Numbered from the stretch's first letter, positions 15,571 to 29,285 are shown. The stretch: DNA of 64,000 nucleotides from Eledone cirrhosa (GCA_964016885.1 OZ024743.1:44144001-44208000), one strand, 5' to 3'. Notes: generated by a model from the letters alone, not told the origin. Numbers and translations: made by a program.

Positions 15571-15910
15571 ACGAAGAATATAATGGTATTTAAATATATG
15601 CATGTATACAAAAGAGTATTTTTCGTTTGTTCAGCGACAAGTTTTGAGAAGGTCAACTACTTAGATTTAAATTAAATCTGAATTATGTAGTTAAACATTT
15701 AGATTCGTTTCTACACAAGGGAATAATAAAATTCAACACATGTATGGAATGTTATATATTTTATGATAACAAGACTGTTATGCCTAAGCGCATTGTCAAA
15801 CTCATAAATGCCCTTAAGCACGAAGTGTTTTGCCAACTTTGAGTCAGCTATAATAAAATAGTTAAACAAATAAAAATGAATATTCGACACCGTTTTAATG
15901 ATTTTCTAAA

Positions 15911-16100
15911 TAATTGTTTCTACTTTTCGCACAAGGCCAGCAAATACCCAGTACATTACTGGTACTTTATTTCATCGACCCAGTAAGGATGAAAGGCAAA
16001 GTTAACCTCGGCGGGATTTGAACTCAGAATGGCAAGGGCCGTATTTCTGTGCGTCAAAGCATGGCGTCCGATCCTCTACCGATACTGCCAATCCACCGCC
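15911..16100 (-). mobile_element. Full-length Meta-domain-type SINE with TSD
   Basis: Head GGCGGTGGATTGGCAGTATCGG (reverse complement). TGATTTTCTAAATAAT duplicated at the flanks. Confidence 0.9.
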
Positions 16101-16692
16101 CATTGATTTTCTAAATAATATTATTTTATTATAGCAGTATTTTATGACATGTGAACATAACTCATGTTTGAATTCTGAGAATTCCAATGTGGGATTGGTT
16201 TAGAAAGAGTTAGAAAGTATTGCTTATTCTGTGTTTAACGACTATTTAAACAATATTTGTTTTGTTCTCTGTAGTAGCTGCTGACTTTAAGACTAGTTTA
16301 CACGTTGATCTAACGCTATTATTACTGAAGTGACTTTGTGTCGGGATTCCAACGTTCTATAATGATGTACTTTCTAATTTAGGAACATAGTCAGCAATTA
16401 GAAGGAGATCAATATCGATTATATCAGCCTCAGCCATCGGCTAGTATTATAATGTCTTTGAAATAAAGCTGCATATATGTTTTATACTGGATATTTTCCA
16501 TAACTTTATTTATTATTGCATCAACAATAATATTTATAATTCTCCTTAGAACATCAACCTAATGTAGCATCCCAAGGTCTCCATGTAATTATAACATATT
16601 GACATAGTACAATAATAGGAAAATAACGGGATCAATAGTATACTGCGGTATGGATATTTTTAAATATTCAACTACGTTTTACACACATTCAA

Positions 16693-16831
<139 letters not shown>

Positions 16832-16834
16832 GCG

Positions 16835-16866
<32 letters not shown>

Positions 16867-16884
16867 ACATATATATATGAAAAT

Positions 16885-16945
16885 GTATGACCCCGATTGC
16901 AGAGCTCAACCCGTTTCCACGGCTATTTCTGGACTAAATTAGAAG
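16885..16945 (-). repeat. Family G terminus fragment
   Basis: GACCCCGATTGCAGAGCTCAACCCGTTTCCACGGCTATTTCTGGAC matches 41886-41931 and 48895-48940. Confidence 0.65.
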
Positions 16946-17780
16946 GTTTAACCTAGTAAATAAATAGCCGACTTGCGAAGGGGTACTTCCTTATATGGGA
17001 AGATTGTAGTTGTCATGAGGATTGGTCAACATTTCTTGTAAACACAATTAAGTTAATCATGGTAGTTGGTGGCTGAACTTGCCTGTAGAGCAATAAAGGA
17101 GTGGGTGGAGCCGGTCAAGCGTTGAAACTGAAATCTATACAGCAAATTCTAAGGATTGTGTATGAAAGTAGGCCAGAGGAAGTAGGCGAAAAAGGTTTCT
17201 GGAGAAAATAGAGGAGGGACGTTATAGAATAGGTAAATTAATTGAGATTTGGAGACAATACAAAAAGAAGAGAAAGATATATAAAAATATAAAATTGGAT
17301 AGTAAGAAATGATAAACAACAAAATATGTGGTGTCTAAAACAGCTTCTATATCTAGTTGGAGTTGCTCATTCGGCCAATGCTATAGAATAGGTTAATAAG
17401 TTGAGAATAGAAGATACTAGTTGAGAATTTTTGAAATTATAGAATTGGGTAGCAAAAAGTAATACAAAATCTCAGGGGCTAACACAGCTGCTATAATTAG
17501 TTAGTATTGCGTTTTCGGCCAATGCGATCTTTAATTTACTGGGGTGGGGGTACTGAGGCTATAGTAATGAGTTGTACTGCCCATACAGGAAACCAAACTA
17601 CAACCTACACTACATCCATCGCCGCTCTAATCATCCTAGAAACATCACCAATAACTTGGTTAAAAACATACGTTCATACACATATATATTCGTACATAAT
17701 TCATATATAATAGATTAGGACGCATATATATCTATATATATATATATATATATCTATCTATATATCTATCTATCTATATA

Positions 17781-17859
<79 letters not shown>

Positions 17860-17902
17860 GAAAGGTATAGAATGTATTGTAGCAAGAAGCCAACAGTATT
17901 GC

Positions 17903-18225
<323 letters not shown>

Positions 18226-18237
18226 ATAAATATTCAT

Positions 18238-18364
18238 TTGTTTAATATTATTTCAGAGGACATAATCTCAATTGAAATATAATATTGAGACCTATCAATG
18301 TATGAATCAATAGGCCTAGGTGATATTAAAATGGAACTATTGTCTGACCCCATCATCAGGACGT
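18238..18364 (-). ncRNA. Decayed HHR candidate with branched stem II
   Basis: Reverse complement GTC-CTGATGA-T GGG...GACA...CCTATTGAT/ATTGATAGG and TCTCAAT/ATTGAGA hairpins...TGTC CTC T-GAAA-TAATATTA. Confidence 0.4.
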
Positions 18365-18498
18365 AAAGAACAAATGTGAAAAATACTTGTCACTTATGGA
18401 GGAAACTAGACAAAAAACATCACTTACAAGCTAATCACTAATCTCCCCTTCTTCATCGAATTTACACTTACATTTGATATATCTTATTTCTCATTGTT

Positions 18499-18534
18499 TC
18501 TTCTGATGAACGACTAGCGTTCGAAACGTTAAGA
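18499..18534 (+). ncRNA. Minimal type I hammerhead ribozyme
   Basis: TCTT-CTGATGA-ACG actag CGT-TC-GAAA-CG-TT-AAGA; palindromic ACGT stem III. Confidence 0.7.
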
Positions 18535-18704
18535 CCCCCTTCCTGCTATATCAAGCGTTAACTTAATAAATCGCTTCCATATACTGTACCGATTGTGTTG
18601 TTATTTCCGTTTACCTTTTACACACATACATATACATATATGAGTTAGGCAACCATTCATGGTGTGGCTCAATGAAGAATTAATTAAATAATTATTAATC
18701 AGAG

Positions 18705-19385
18705 CTATATATAAAAAACTAAGTCCAAAGGATCATTAGATAAAATATATACAGTATTTCCTCTCCTAATCAGTATAAAATAACCACATAGAAAGTCATT
18801 TAATATATACTCCCGTAAGGTTGAGTAAAACTTTAGGCAGTATTCAGCTGCGCTTTCTAGCAACCAGCCTACTCGCCGACAGGCACCAATCACAAACTTT
18901 ATGCATTGACCACTGGCCACGTGATGGTTCTTAGCCATTTTGAATTCATTTCTGACGGGGGTCATGGATATAAGAATCTTAGTCCTGTCTGGGGTATCTT
19001 CTGGTGAGTTCTGACCCTCTTGGATTTAGCCCAGACCGGGTTTATCCAAAAAGTTGAACGAAACCACCAGTTGGTAGAGACTATGAGAATTTTGGTAAAA
19101 ATCATGTGCATTTTTTCTTCAAACTTCGATTTTTTACCTAATTCCGTGTAGTTAACTATATGTCTGGTCAATTTCTACAGGCTAGAAGAACTAATTAGGT
19201 ATGTGTCACATGGCTGAACATCGCAGAAAAGAATCTGTATCATTTGTCTATTGTTTCTTCATAAGTACATTTAAACTTATAGCTTCGTTTAAATGATTTT
19301 TTATGTGGTTAATTTATACTGATTGGGAGAGGAAATACTGTATATATTTTATCTAACGATTCGTTGTACTTACATTTTTATATAT
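18705..19385. mobile_element. Family I inverted-repeat element
   Basis: 18705-18805 is inverted against 19290-19385, with a further copy at 20085-20340. Contains the HHR at 18949-19080. Confidence 0.75.
18949..19080 (+). ncRNA. Type I HHR with ~100-nt stem II (A9>G)
   Basis: TTT-CTGACGG-G GGTCA TGGATA...CCTGTCTGGG...CCCAGACCGG...TATCCA...TGAAC-GAAA-CCA ccagt TGG-TA-GAGA. Confidence 0.6.
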
Positions 19386-19411
19386 ATATATGTATGTAAA
19401 AGGTAAACAGA

Positions 19412-19500
19412 GATGTCGCCATTGTAATTGACATGCGAGCTCCTATTTGTATATAAATATTGAAATAGGAGCTCACATGTGAAATACAATGGCGAACATC
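19412..19500. repeat. Hairpin-forming inverted repeat
   Basis: GATGTCGCCATTGTAATTGACATGCGAGCTCCTATTT pairs imperfectly with AAATAGGAGCTCACATGTGAAATACAATGGCGAACATC. Confidence 0.8.
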
Positions 19501-19775
19501 TATTGTCCTTCTTTCCGTTGTTTTTGCCGTTGTCTTTGTCCTGTGCGTCCCCTATTTGAATTTAGGTGTCGAATTCATGATTTTTACTGCAGAACCGACA
19601 AAGATGCAGGATGTTAGAGCAGGTTATGGAGAACTTGATGTAACTATGGATATAAGTGGAAGACTGTAGTTTTGTAGAACACGGGGTTAGAGATTTTTTG
19701 ATGCGAGTGTTTTTGAGCATATGTGTTTATTCCTATACGCCAGTTACTGAATATATAATCTTATATTTATGTAGC

Positions 19776-19838
<63 letters not shown>

Positions 19839-19854
19839 GTTATTCCGGGTTGAA

Positions 19855-20030
19855 TCGTAGGTAACCACAGTAAGTAAGGTACTCAATACATTGCAGGGTA
19901 TAAAAGTTTTAATATAGATGAGATTCTACAGGACTAGAACTGTTTTATTCTTTAGAAATTATCAGGAATCTCTGATTCCTGATGATTTCTAAGGAATGAA
20001 ACAGTTCTAGTCCTCTAGAATCTCATCTAT
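19855..20030. mobile_element. Family E palindromic element with two divergent HHRs
   Basis: 19922-19970 (-) and 19974-20022 (+). Consensus GATTC-CTGATGA-T TTC taag GAA T-GAAA-CAG ttctagtc CTG-TA-GAATC. Confidence 0.85.
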
Positions 20031-20045
20031 ATATATCTATATCTA

Positions 20046-20085
<40 letters not shown>

Positions 20086-20377
20086 AGAAAGTAAGTCCAT
20101 ACAATCATTCGATAAAATATATACAATATTTCCTCTCCCAATCACCATAATCAACCACACAAAAAATAAATTAAACAAGGCTATAAGATTTAAAGGCACC
20201 AATAAATAAACAATAGATAAATAAACGATAGCTTTTTATCCGCGATCAACAGCCACAGTATATTTACCCAGTAATTTTAATAGCCCGTGGAAATCGATTA
20301 GATATATCGCTAACCATACAGAATTAGGTACACAATGAAAGTTAGAAGAAAAATGTATATATGCATATCCCATGAAG

Positions 20378-20553
20378 TTTCATTCGCCTTTTAGAAATAT
20401 CCGATCAAGGATAAATTCACGAGTTTCGAAATCCATTTTCAATTCTGGCGGGGATCATTTAAGAAAAATCTTTGTCCTATTGAGTTTGTTTCCTGATGAT
20501 TTCGAAAGTCGTGAATTTATCCTGGATTGGATATTACCAAAAAGCGAATGAAA
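20378..20553. repeat. Inverted repeat with truncated HHR-like motif
   Basis: CATTCGCC...ATAAATTCACGAGTTTCGAAATC is inverted against TTC-CTGATGA-TTTC-GAAA-GTCGTGAATTTAT...GCGAATG. Confidence 0.6.
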
Positions 20554-20913
20554 TCCCAATTATTTCTGAAGACGGCGGGTAGTATGTATCTTTTTCTTAC
20601 TATGATATTTTGTAATATGTTTTACATAGATCAATAATTGAATGAACATACAGGGATCTACCCCCCAGAAACGATCGTAAAATAATGAGTTTTACTATTA
20701 ATTATCAGTTTTGTGTTTAATTTCATTGTTTTAATATTGATATATATATATCATTTACATGGTTATGTTTTATGGAAATGTTCCAAATTTCCTCTAATTA
20801 ATCATTTTGTGTCCTAATATGTTTCTGCCATTCATTTTCACTTTGATGTTTACAAAACTGACATTTCTATAGATTTGCTGTATTCGGATGTAAATCTGAA
20901 ATGATAAATTGTT

Positions 20914-20989
20914 TTTATTACACGAATTAGTTTGCTGTAGCTTGTGTGACATTTATTACACGAATTAGTTTGCTGTAGCTTGTGTGACA
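20914..20989. repeat. Perfect 38-bp tandem duplication
   Basis: TTTATTACACGAATTAGTTTGCTGTAGCTTGTGTGACA occurs twice in tandem. Confidence 0.95.
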
Positions 20990-21779
20990 TTTAATCCATT
21001 GAAATGTGTCAAATATGAACACGACGATGGAAGGCAAAGAAATTAATGCACAATATATTTTCTAGCATTTATTCCAAAATTTACAAACATACATGTACAT
21101 TTAAACTGTTTATATTAAACTTGAGAGACATAGAGATTACAAATGACCATCTAATGAAGATTCACACTAAATTGTTGAAATGTGTGAACATCGCAGCTTT
21201 TACACAGTGTTCCATCTCATTTCAAGATATTACTCGGCTAAACAAAAGCAAGGAACTTTATTAATTGGAATAAATATATTGTAGGATGGTTGTTAGAGGG
21301 AGGATTATTGCTAACACAGTTCCTTGTATATTACTGATTCTTATGTTTGATACATTAACATCTATAATAAGGGGCATTTTGAGTGAGGGGAGGTGCCAGC
21401 ATATTTCGTCAAGTATAGCCTCTACTATTTTGCTGATGTTTATGTAGTTACTACATCTGATACATCAACCTCTTTACTACGGAGGTTCACGAGTGGGGAG
21501 GAATGCTAGCACAGTTCTTTCCGAAGAGCCTTCATTGTTTTCTTGCTGCTTATCTAGCTACCATATCTGCTCCATCATATCCTTTATAAAAGTCGTTCAT
21601 ATTATATATATATGTATGCATTTGGTGACATTTGAAAGTACGCGTAGCATGCTCTCACTATCTTGTGATATCACGTTTTGCAGAAAGCTAACATGTCCAG
21701 TGTTTGTCCCTGTATTCATACCAACCACATGGTATGAGAACTTCAAGGGAAAATATTATCTTGATTCTGTTCATGAAAA

Positions 21780-22330
21780 ATCTGAACATCACCGATTACT
21801 TTTTATCAGCACGGTAAAATTATAGTTGATCTTTAACAGCGAAATGTATTTTAAGGATAGTTAATAGATGCGTAGGTGAGCATCCTACATGGCATTTCTT
21901 GATGTGCTGGAACTACATCAGAGTGTTTCAGATGTTAAGCAGGATAACAGATACGGAGTATAACTTAACCCAATAATCATTTCGTATAATTTGATACTTG
22001 TGAAATTACTCAATTTTTAATAGTTGTATGAATTTGGAGGTAATTAGATGTTAAAGTGTTTAATAAGACACGTGCAAGTGTATTGAGAATACCTGTCAGT
22101 ACCATAATCCTCAATACACTCAGTATCATTTGTAGACTTCTATCATTTCTGCTACAGACGTTGGTATATATTCTGGCAAAGGTGGCGCTGGTTACGAGGA
22201 ATCTGGTTTTACTTCAACATCAATGATGAGAGATCGTGGCAGCGAGCTGCCAAGGTAAGTGAATCTCTTCAATACATGCAGTAGGATTGTATTTACGGTG
22301 ATATTAGTTTCACAGTATCTTTTCTAGATA
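21780..22330 (-). mobile_element. Decayed RTE-clade LINE fragment
   Basis: Reverse complement of about 22240-22265 encodes FTYLGS, a post-RT motif typical of RTE LINEs. Confidence 0.45.
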
Positions 22331-22740
22331 CTGATGGTACATTCAGTTATCCTTGTAATAAATGGGAGCCCAGACATTCATGAACTACTCGTCTTCGATT
22401 CGTGTGACTGGTTGCTAACACATAAACCGACACAGCATTATGGCTGCCTCTTAATAATAAGTTTCTTCCGTCAAACAAATATTTCATCTTCTGTGTATAT
22501 ATGTGAAGGGAAAACAAAACTAACGATACTGAATAAATGATGGTGATTCAAGGCCATCGGTTCACTTTCTAACTAAATTTTATCCACGAATTCTGTAAGT
22601 ACAAATCTCTCATTGTTGAAACATACATTTCTATACAAATCCTGCTCCGGAATCGCAAAACAGGAATCAGAAAACCACACACACACACACAAGAGAGATA
22701 GATAGATAGACACAAAGATTGATAGTAGATAGATAGATAA

Positions 22741-22777
<37 letters not shown>

Positions 22778-22783
22778 GAGAGA

Positions 22784-22820
<37 letters not shown>

Positions 22821-23496
22821 CAAAAAATCGGTAAACATCGGAAAAGAAAAAATACCAGAGGATAATTATACATTTCTCCAATATAAAAAGAAAGAAAGAA
22901 ATTAGTCAGAGAATGAAATCAACATTCTACATACATGGCTTTTTATTTCTCAAAAAAAAAAAAAAATTCTTGCCTGAACCACATTGCCCCCGAATCATCA
23001 TAAATGTTCAAAAACCACTCAGAAAAACAGATTTTGAGCAGACTGAGGCACATTGAGGTATTTTTCAAAATTAATTCACAGGAATTTTAAAGAACTTGAA
23101 GACACATTTTTCATTCAAATATTGTTCCGCCAGAACAGCAGGACCAACAAAATCTATAACCACAGAAATAACAACAGCAGTAACCAAATCAACAGCCCCT
23201 GTTAGAGTGACCAGGTCAACAACAATTGCTATCCTTCATATTCCAGCTTTTCAAATTTTATACTTTTTAAAATTACTTGAAGAGACAGAACATTATCACT
23301 GTTAACATCTACTACTAACACCTCTCCAATTTCTGATGAATCAGTCATCTCACTCTTCCTTCTCTCCTCCATCTTAAACTACCTGAATAAACCAACTATT
23401 ATCATTGTAGCCATCCTGTAATGCTACTACTACCACTCCAACCAATGATGAAGGTGTCCTCTCTCCCTCATGAGAAAAATCTATAATCCTGAACAA

Positions 23497-23900
23497 TAAT
23501 TGTTTCTACATTTGGCACAAGGCCAGCAATTACCCCAGTGCATTACTGGTACTTTATTTTATGGACCCCGTAAGGATGAAAGGCAAAGTTAACCTTGACG
23601 GGATTTGAACTCAGAACATAAAGGGCCGTAGATCTTTGCTGCAAAGCATGGCGTCCGACCTTCTACCAATACTGCCAATCCAGAACCCTGCATCAGCATT
23701 ATAATTCAGAACAATAATTGTTTCTAGTTTAGGCACAAGGCCAGCAATTACCCAGTGCATTACTGGTACTTTATGTTATCGACCCCGTGAGGATGAAAGG
23801 CAAAGTCAACCTCGGCCGGATTTGAACTCAGATCATAAAGGGACGTAACTATGCTGGAAAGCATGGCGTCCGACCCTCTACCGATACTGCCAATCCACCG
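23497..23900 (-). mobile_element. Two adjacent Meta-domain-type SINEs
   Basis: Copies at about 23497-23681 and 23716-23900; the second has AGAACAATAAT flanking duplication. Confidence 0.9.
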
Positions 23901-25524
23901 AGAACAATAATAATGCTGCTGCAGGGTTCTGCAGCAACAAACTCACGTGCGACTGCCCATTCAATTCTTTTACTGTTCGTCCAGTCTTTTTTTAATACTT
24001 TATTTCCCTACCCTCTTCACTCTCTCCCTCTCATCTGGTCACGCATTTAGGTACCCGTTTTTCCTAAAAGGGGAAATACATTTCTTGGCGAGTGTTTTTC
24101 CTACCCCCCCCCCTCCCTTGTTTTCTCTCATTCACTATAAATTCCACCTATTAGGTCCATACACTTATCTTTTTCTTGGTTCCCACCCTTTATGAATTCC
24201 ATTCACCTATCTATTTATCACCTTCTCTCACTTCAACTTCCTATCCATTCTTCCCTTGTCTCTCTATCCCTCCACACACCTACCCTCCTATTCACACCAT
24301 TCTGTTTGTATCTCCCTCTCATTATATCTCTCTACCCGTCTACCAACCAATACATTCCCCAATTACAATTTCCCGTCGCCATCTCCAACACCCCAGTTAA
24401 AATGCCCCGCAGAACAAAGGAAGGAACTGCTTCAACTGTAAAAGCTTCTTCCACCTTTCTTGTGTCAAAATCAATCGGTGCTCGTCGGAATCCCTTCACG
24501 GTGGAAATTCCCGCAGTGACTATGCTCCTCAACACCAGAGACGGCCACATGTGCCCGGAACAACGGGACCCTTTGTCTGCTAGAGCTGGAAGAGGCCCTG
24601 GTGGCGATCTCCTACCTCAGGCATTCGCGGAGTGTCTTCACCTGGATCCACAATACTGGCCGCACTATCGCAGCCGAAGCGCCAGCATTGCTCATCGATC
24701 GGGTGCTTAATTCAGGCGGCCCGCATGAGTGGACTAAACTGTTCAGTTTTGTGACCCTCGCACTCATGATGCCGATGGTACGGAATCCGACGGTGGGAGA
24801 GAGATCATGCCCTTTCCTGACTTCGAGGCGCATGATCAATACCGCACCAACTTGCCCTGCCATACCCACGATATTTTCTAGTCATCTATTCTGAGCGCTC
24901 TCAAAGGTAGTGTAAGAATAGGTGTAGGTAGTCTGATGGTATTGGATTCTGTTCTACAAAGAGATGCTAATGGAGTACTAGTTACCATTATTTTTCTATT
25001 ATTCTCCATTAATACAACAGTATCAATGTCAATGCTACAGGGCTTGGGTCCAGCCTACTATGTGACACACATAGGCAGTTCTAGGTAGCTAGAATTGTTT
25101 CCTGCGCCTAATAGCACATTGTACACAGTTACCTTCGAAATATTTGCTTCGGCAAATTCTAACACAACCTTCTTTTTTAGTTTTTAAGTAGCCTGTAAAT
25201 CTGTATGGATGAAACACTTGGCAATATTATTTATATATTCATGTCCGAGTCTCGAAGTGATTGCTGGAGACGTTAACTTTATTATGAAATCAATTATTAA
25301 CAGATTGTGCATGACTTAATTGAAATACTTTATATTTCGTCCACCGTATATAGCTGAATAGGAAAATAACAAAAAGAATAATAATTAGAGATTACCTATT
25401 TAGCATTTACAGCTACTAGTTTAGCGCTAATAACATTTCGAATTAAATCCTTCCTTGGAAAATATTGTTCGAATGGAAGAAAAAATAGAGCGAATAAGAG
25501 AAATTAGAGTAATATTTTTAGGCA

Positions 25525-25650
25525 GAGTGCGCGTGAATGCGTGTGGATTAGTGGTTAGGGTATTTTTGCTCATGATCGCAAGGTTGTGTCGTAGAGCAAC
25601 ATTATTTCAGACTACTCCAGTTCACCCAGTTGGCAAACATGGACTTTACG
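25525..25650 (+). mobile_element. tRNA-derived SINE (CORE-like family), decayed
   Basis: GCGTGTGGATTAGTGGTTAGGG A-box-like head; GAGCAACATTATTTCAGACTACTCCAGTTCACCCAG. Confidence 0.5.
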
Positions 25651-26599
25651 TGTGATACAAATGGAAATTCTTGTCGAAAACCATGTCTCTCTGAATCTGA
25701 CTGAGTACTACGTTAAGGATATATATGTCTGTGTAAGGCTCAGTCTCTTTCATTTTAATTTTACTAGGATGTTGTTTTATGTTAAGACAACTAAAACAGA
25801 CATTGTTGGAACCAACGGACTTCCTGCATGTGGGTGTGTGTGTGTGTAGGTGTGTGTGTTTGTGCGTGTGTGTGTATGTCTGTGTGTGTTTGTGCGTGAG
25901 CTCATATAATGATATATGCATTGACATGGAGAAGTGAGAAACATCGATATGCAGTTATAAATGCTGAGAAAGAATTATAGTAGAAATCCGTGCTAGTGTT
26001 CATGATAACTACATGGAATCACGTATCTTCAGACGAGATGCTATCTTAACTAATGTGTATTTATATATTTACTCATCAATTTAAACGCAGGTGTAATGTT
26101 TGTTGGCCATTACAGACTCAGAAATGTACCTCAAACATCATATAATAAGAAACAGAATCAAGAGAGAGGACAATTATAAAAGGGTTGGTTAAACGTTTCT
26201 ATTCAATCTTGTCATAGTGTCTATGATTTGTCAGATCATATTAATCATTACGGCATCCATGACAATACAGAACATTTCTTTAAAATCAGTTTTAACTGTT
26301 CCCTGTGAGACTTGTAGATTTCACATTAAAACACATTATGGCATAGAATTATTTCTGGATAATCACCACTAGAGTGTAATGCTAACATTTATCACCGCCT
26401 TATGCATTGCTGTTATTAATGATTCCATGATAAATTTAAATAACAGCATTACGTAAGTGGAGAGTTGAAAAATTATGATGATTTAAGCAATGGTTCAATT
26501 ATTTCGATTGGCTGGATAAGTGGAATTTCACAACTGAGTCTGGGATGACATAAACAATTAGAGAGCTCACAACCTGGCAAGGCCGGTGGGAAGATGAAA

Positions 26600-26840
26600 C
26601 CAGGCACAGGATGTTAAAAAGCCTTAGATAATGTTTTCCTAGATGATTTGTGCGTGCCAGGTCGCCTGGATCTCTGGAAAGGCACATAATCAATGGCAAT
26701 CGGGAATGATAATACCAATTATCAAAAAGGGAGACAAGAACGATTGTTCCATTTAAAGAGGGATCTCCTTCTTAAGCCTCCCCGGTAAAGTGTAGGCCAA
26801 GTGTCTGGCAAAGTGTTGCAGTGAGATGGTCGAGTCCTAG
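26600..26840 (+). mobile_element. RTE-like LINE RT fragment
   Basis: Translates WQSGMIIPIIKKGDKNDCSI*RGISFLSLPGKV*AKCL, the canonical N-terminal RT motif. Confidence 0.75.
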
Positions 26841-26848
26841 TAAGCTAG

Positions 26849-26918
26849 AAAGAAGAAGAAGAAGAAGAAGAAGAAGAAGAAGAAGAAGAAGAAGAAGAAG
26901 AAGAAGAAGAAGAAGAAG

Positions 26919-26948
<30 letters not shown>
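26849..26948. repeat. (GAA)n microsatellite
   Basis: About 33 GAA units directly after the RTE fragment. Confidence 0.95.
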
Positions 26949-26949
<1 letters not shown>

Positions 26950-27844
26950 TTCTAACTCGTGTAGATGGTTATTCTTCACTCTATGCCCTGCAATATACAA
27001 ACGAGTGGTTGAATATATTCATTACTGCTGCTATTTTATTATTCCAACATGTACAGAACTCTTAAACAACGGAAACACTGTATTATGGAATGTATAGTTA
27101 CTTATTAGTATAAATTAGAATTTGCGTATACTAGAATCTCTCATACAGAAGCCTTAGAAACATACATTTATGGGCGAATATGCAAAGTGATTAAAGTTTC
27201 GGGAGGAATTGTGAGGTATTTAGACCGGCTCTCTGTGATCTGATTTCAAATGACACCGAGGCCTGGGGCAGATAGATTGGATGGATTTGTAAAGAGACGG
27301 ACAGGGTTCCTCGTAGTGTAAATTGCGGCAATATATATACTGGTTTCAAATGTTACCTAATTTGTCCAGGGAGTGGTGACATTTCTACCAATAGTTGCAA
27401 CCGACAGATAGTATTAACAATACAAAGACCAATGGGAAAATCGGGATTCTTTCTTATTCATCGTTTCCACTTTATGCTCAGTGATGGATTTATGAATTTC
27501 AACAACGACACCAGCGGAGTTTCAATACGCAAACTGTAATGGCAAACTACTATATAGCTCCAGCCAAAACTGAGACTAAAATTTAGTCAAAAGAGGATAC
27601 TTTCAACTATTCTTCCCCATTCAATAATTAGTAAAGTAAAAAATTGCATAATTTTATAGATTTATATATTACAAAATATCAAACAATAATGAACCGGTTT
27701 TTCATGTTTTGGCATGCGTATATATCTATATATAAAATGTGTATTGTTATACATGCCTATATCTTTGTGTTCGTTTCTCTTGCTCTATCTTTCTCTCTCA
27801 TTATCTCTCTCACTACATACATATATTACACACACACACACATG

Positions 27845-27908
<64 letters not shown>

Positions 27909-27913
<5 letters not shown>

Positions 27914-29285
27914 CTAGAACACTGGAAGGTAATATCCTAAGTGGTAGAGCACTCAGTCCATGGGAGGAGTTAGGTAGAAGTGGTTACACAACAGTTAGTT
28001 CACAAACTGTGTAAATTTCGCTTTTTTGGATTTGAAGGAGTTAAACCACTTAATTACGGAGTCGCTGTTCTCCCACTGGGACAGGCTGGACTTAGTCCTA
28101 ATGGTCTTAACAATGTTTCTAAGTATGGCCTTACTGACTAGTCCCAAATCTGTGCCTGCCGGGTTTATTAGTCTACATGTGGCGTTAGAAGTAAATTCTA
28201 CCTTGTGATCTTTCAGGGTGAGGGACGCCTCCCGCTTAAATAGAGATTGTAGGGAGATAACTGCGAAGGTCCGAAAGTTTCTAGTTGATAAGACAATTAG
28301 GATGTGGTTGTAATTCAATCCGGAGCTTTGTAGTTATGTAAGAGGTGTTTCCAGACGCGTGGACAACATGTGAAAAATTCATTTCTCGTGTTTAGGGAAT
28401 CACCCTTGTGTAATCTCTTTAGAATATTTATTCGTTCATCAATACATATCCATACGACGGATTGCCCCTTGCGTATGGCTTGGACTTAATGATGGCTTTC
28501 CATTAAATCGAGTAGTCTATACTTGAGTCCTTGGGGGACAATACGTGGCTCGCGAGTTTCGTGGATGAACAACTGTCCGGGTACCTAAAGGTCGACTGGT
28601 GATTCAGGAAGCGTTCCTTAAAACGGCCCTCTACCATACCCACATAGGGTTTGACCTCGTGTGGTTGATTTGGTCGGTTGGAAGTGACCACAGCTTCATA
28701 AACTGCAGTGGGTGTGTTGCATTGCTGTTGAAGGGGGAAAGCTTCGGGCTTACGGCAAGAGCACCCTGGTGGAATGTTGCTCTTAGGGGTGTTGGTGATG
28801 TGGGCCTTCATGTTCTTAGCGCAGAAGTATCCTAGTTTTACTTTGTGTCGGTTAAAGATGGAGCGGTATTTATGACCTATGGGAAAGTGTCTATCTAAGA
28901 GGGCTAGAAATGTTTTGCCTACATTGGTTTTAACGTTGAGTGAGAAGGGAGGAGAGAACCAGATAGTTTGTCTATTGTTACGCTCTCTTTTGTTATTGCT
29001 GCTGTTGTTAGTGGGAGAGTAAGTGATAGGTTGCGAGAAGCCGCTGTTAGCTAACGCCGTGTTATAGTAGGGTGCCGCCCTGTCAAAGATAGTCTTATTA
29101 AAGGGGCGGTTTGACATTCTAGTACTGATATTATTTACGCTGTTTCTAAAAACAGTGGGAGGGTGGCATGTGTCCTTGTGAATATAATTGAGTTTTTCGT
29201 TTAGCTTATGGAAGGGTCTGTAGGTGTGTGTGCGAAGGTCTAAATTAATGTCTAAAAAATCTACGCTAGAGAGGTTGGTAGCTAC
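27909..29285 (-). mobile_element. Family C (Naiad-like) PLE, truncated and rearranged
   Basis: WFSPPFSLNVKTNVGKTFLALLDRHFP, CSCR..PL...C, VYEA...YVGMVEGRFKERFLNH (28503-29117). An RT fragment (28003-28250) replaces the HHR part of the pLTR. Confidence 0.9.

Noticed and set aside
23325-23400. CTGATGA boxes at about 23333 and 4305, and CTGAAGA at 50484
   Set aside because: No stem II-GAAA-NUH arrangement; two lie within retroelement coding sequence.
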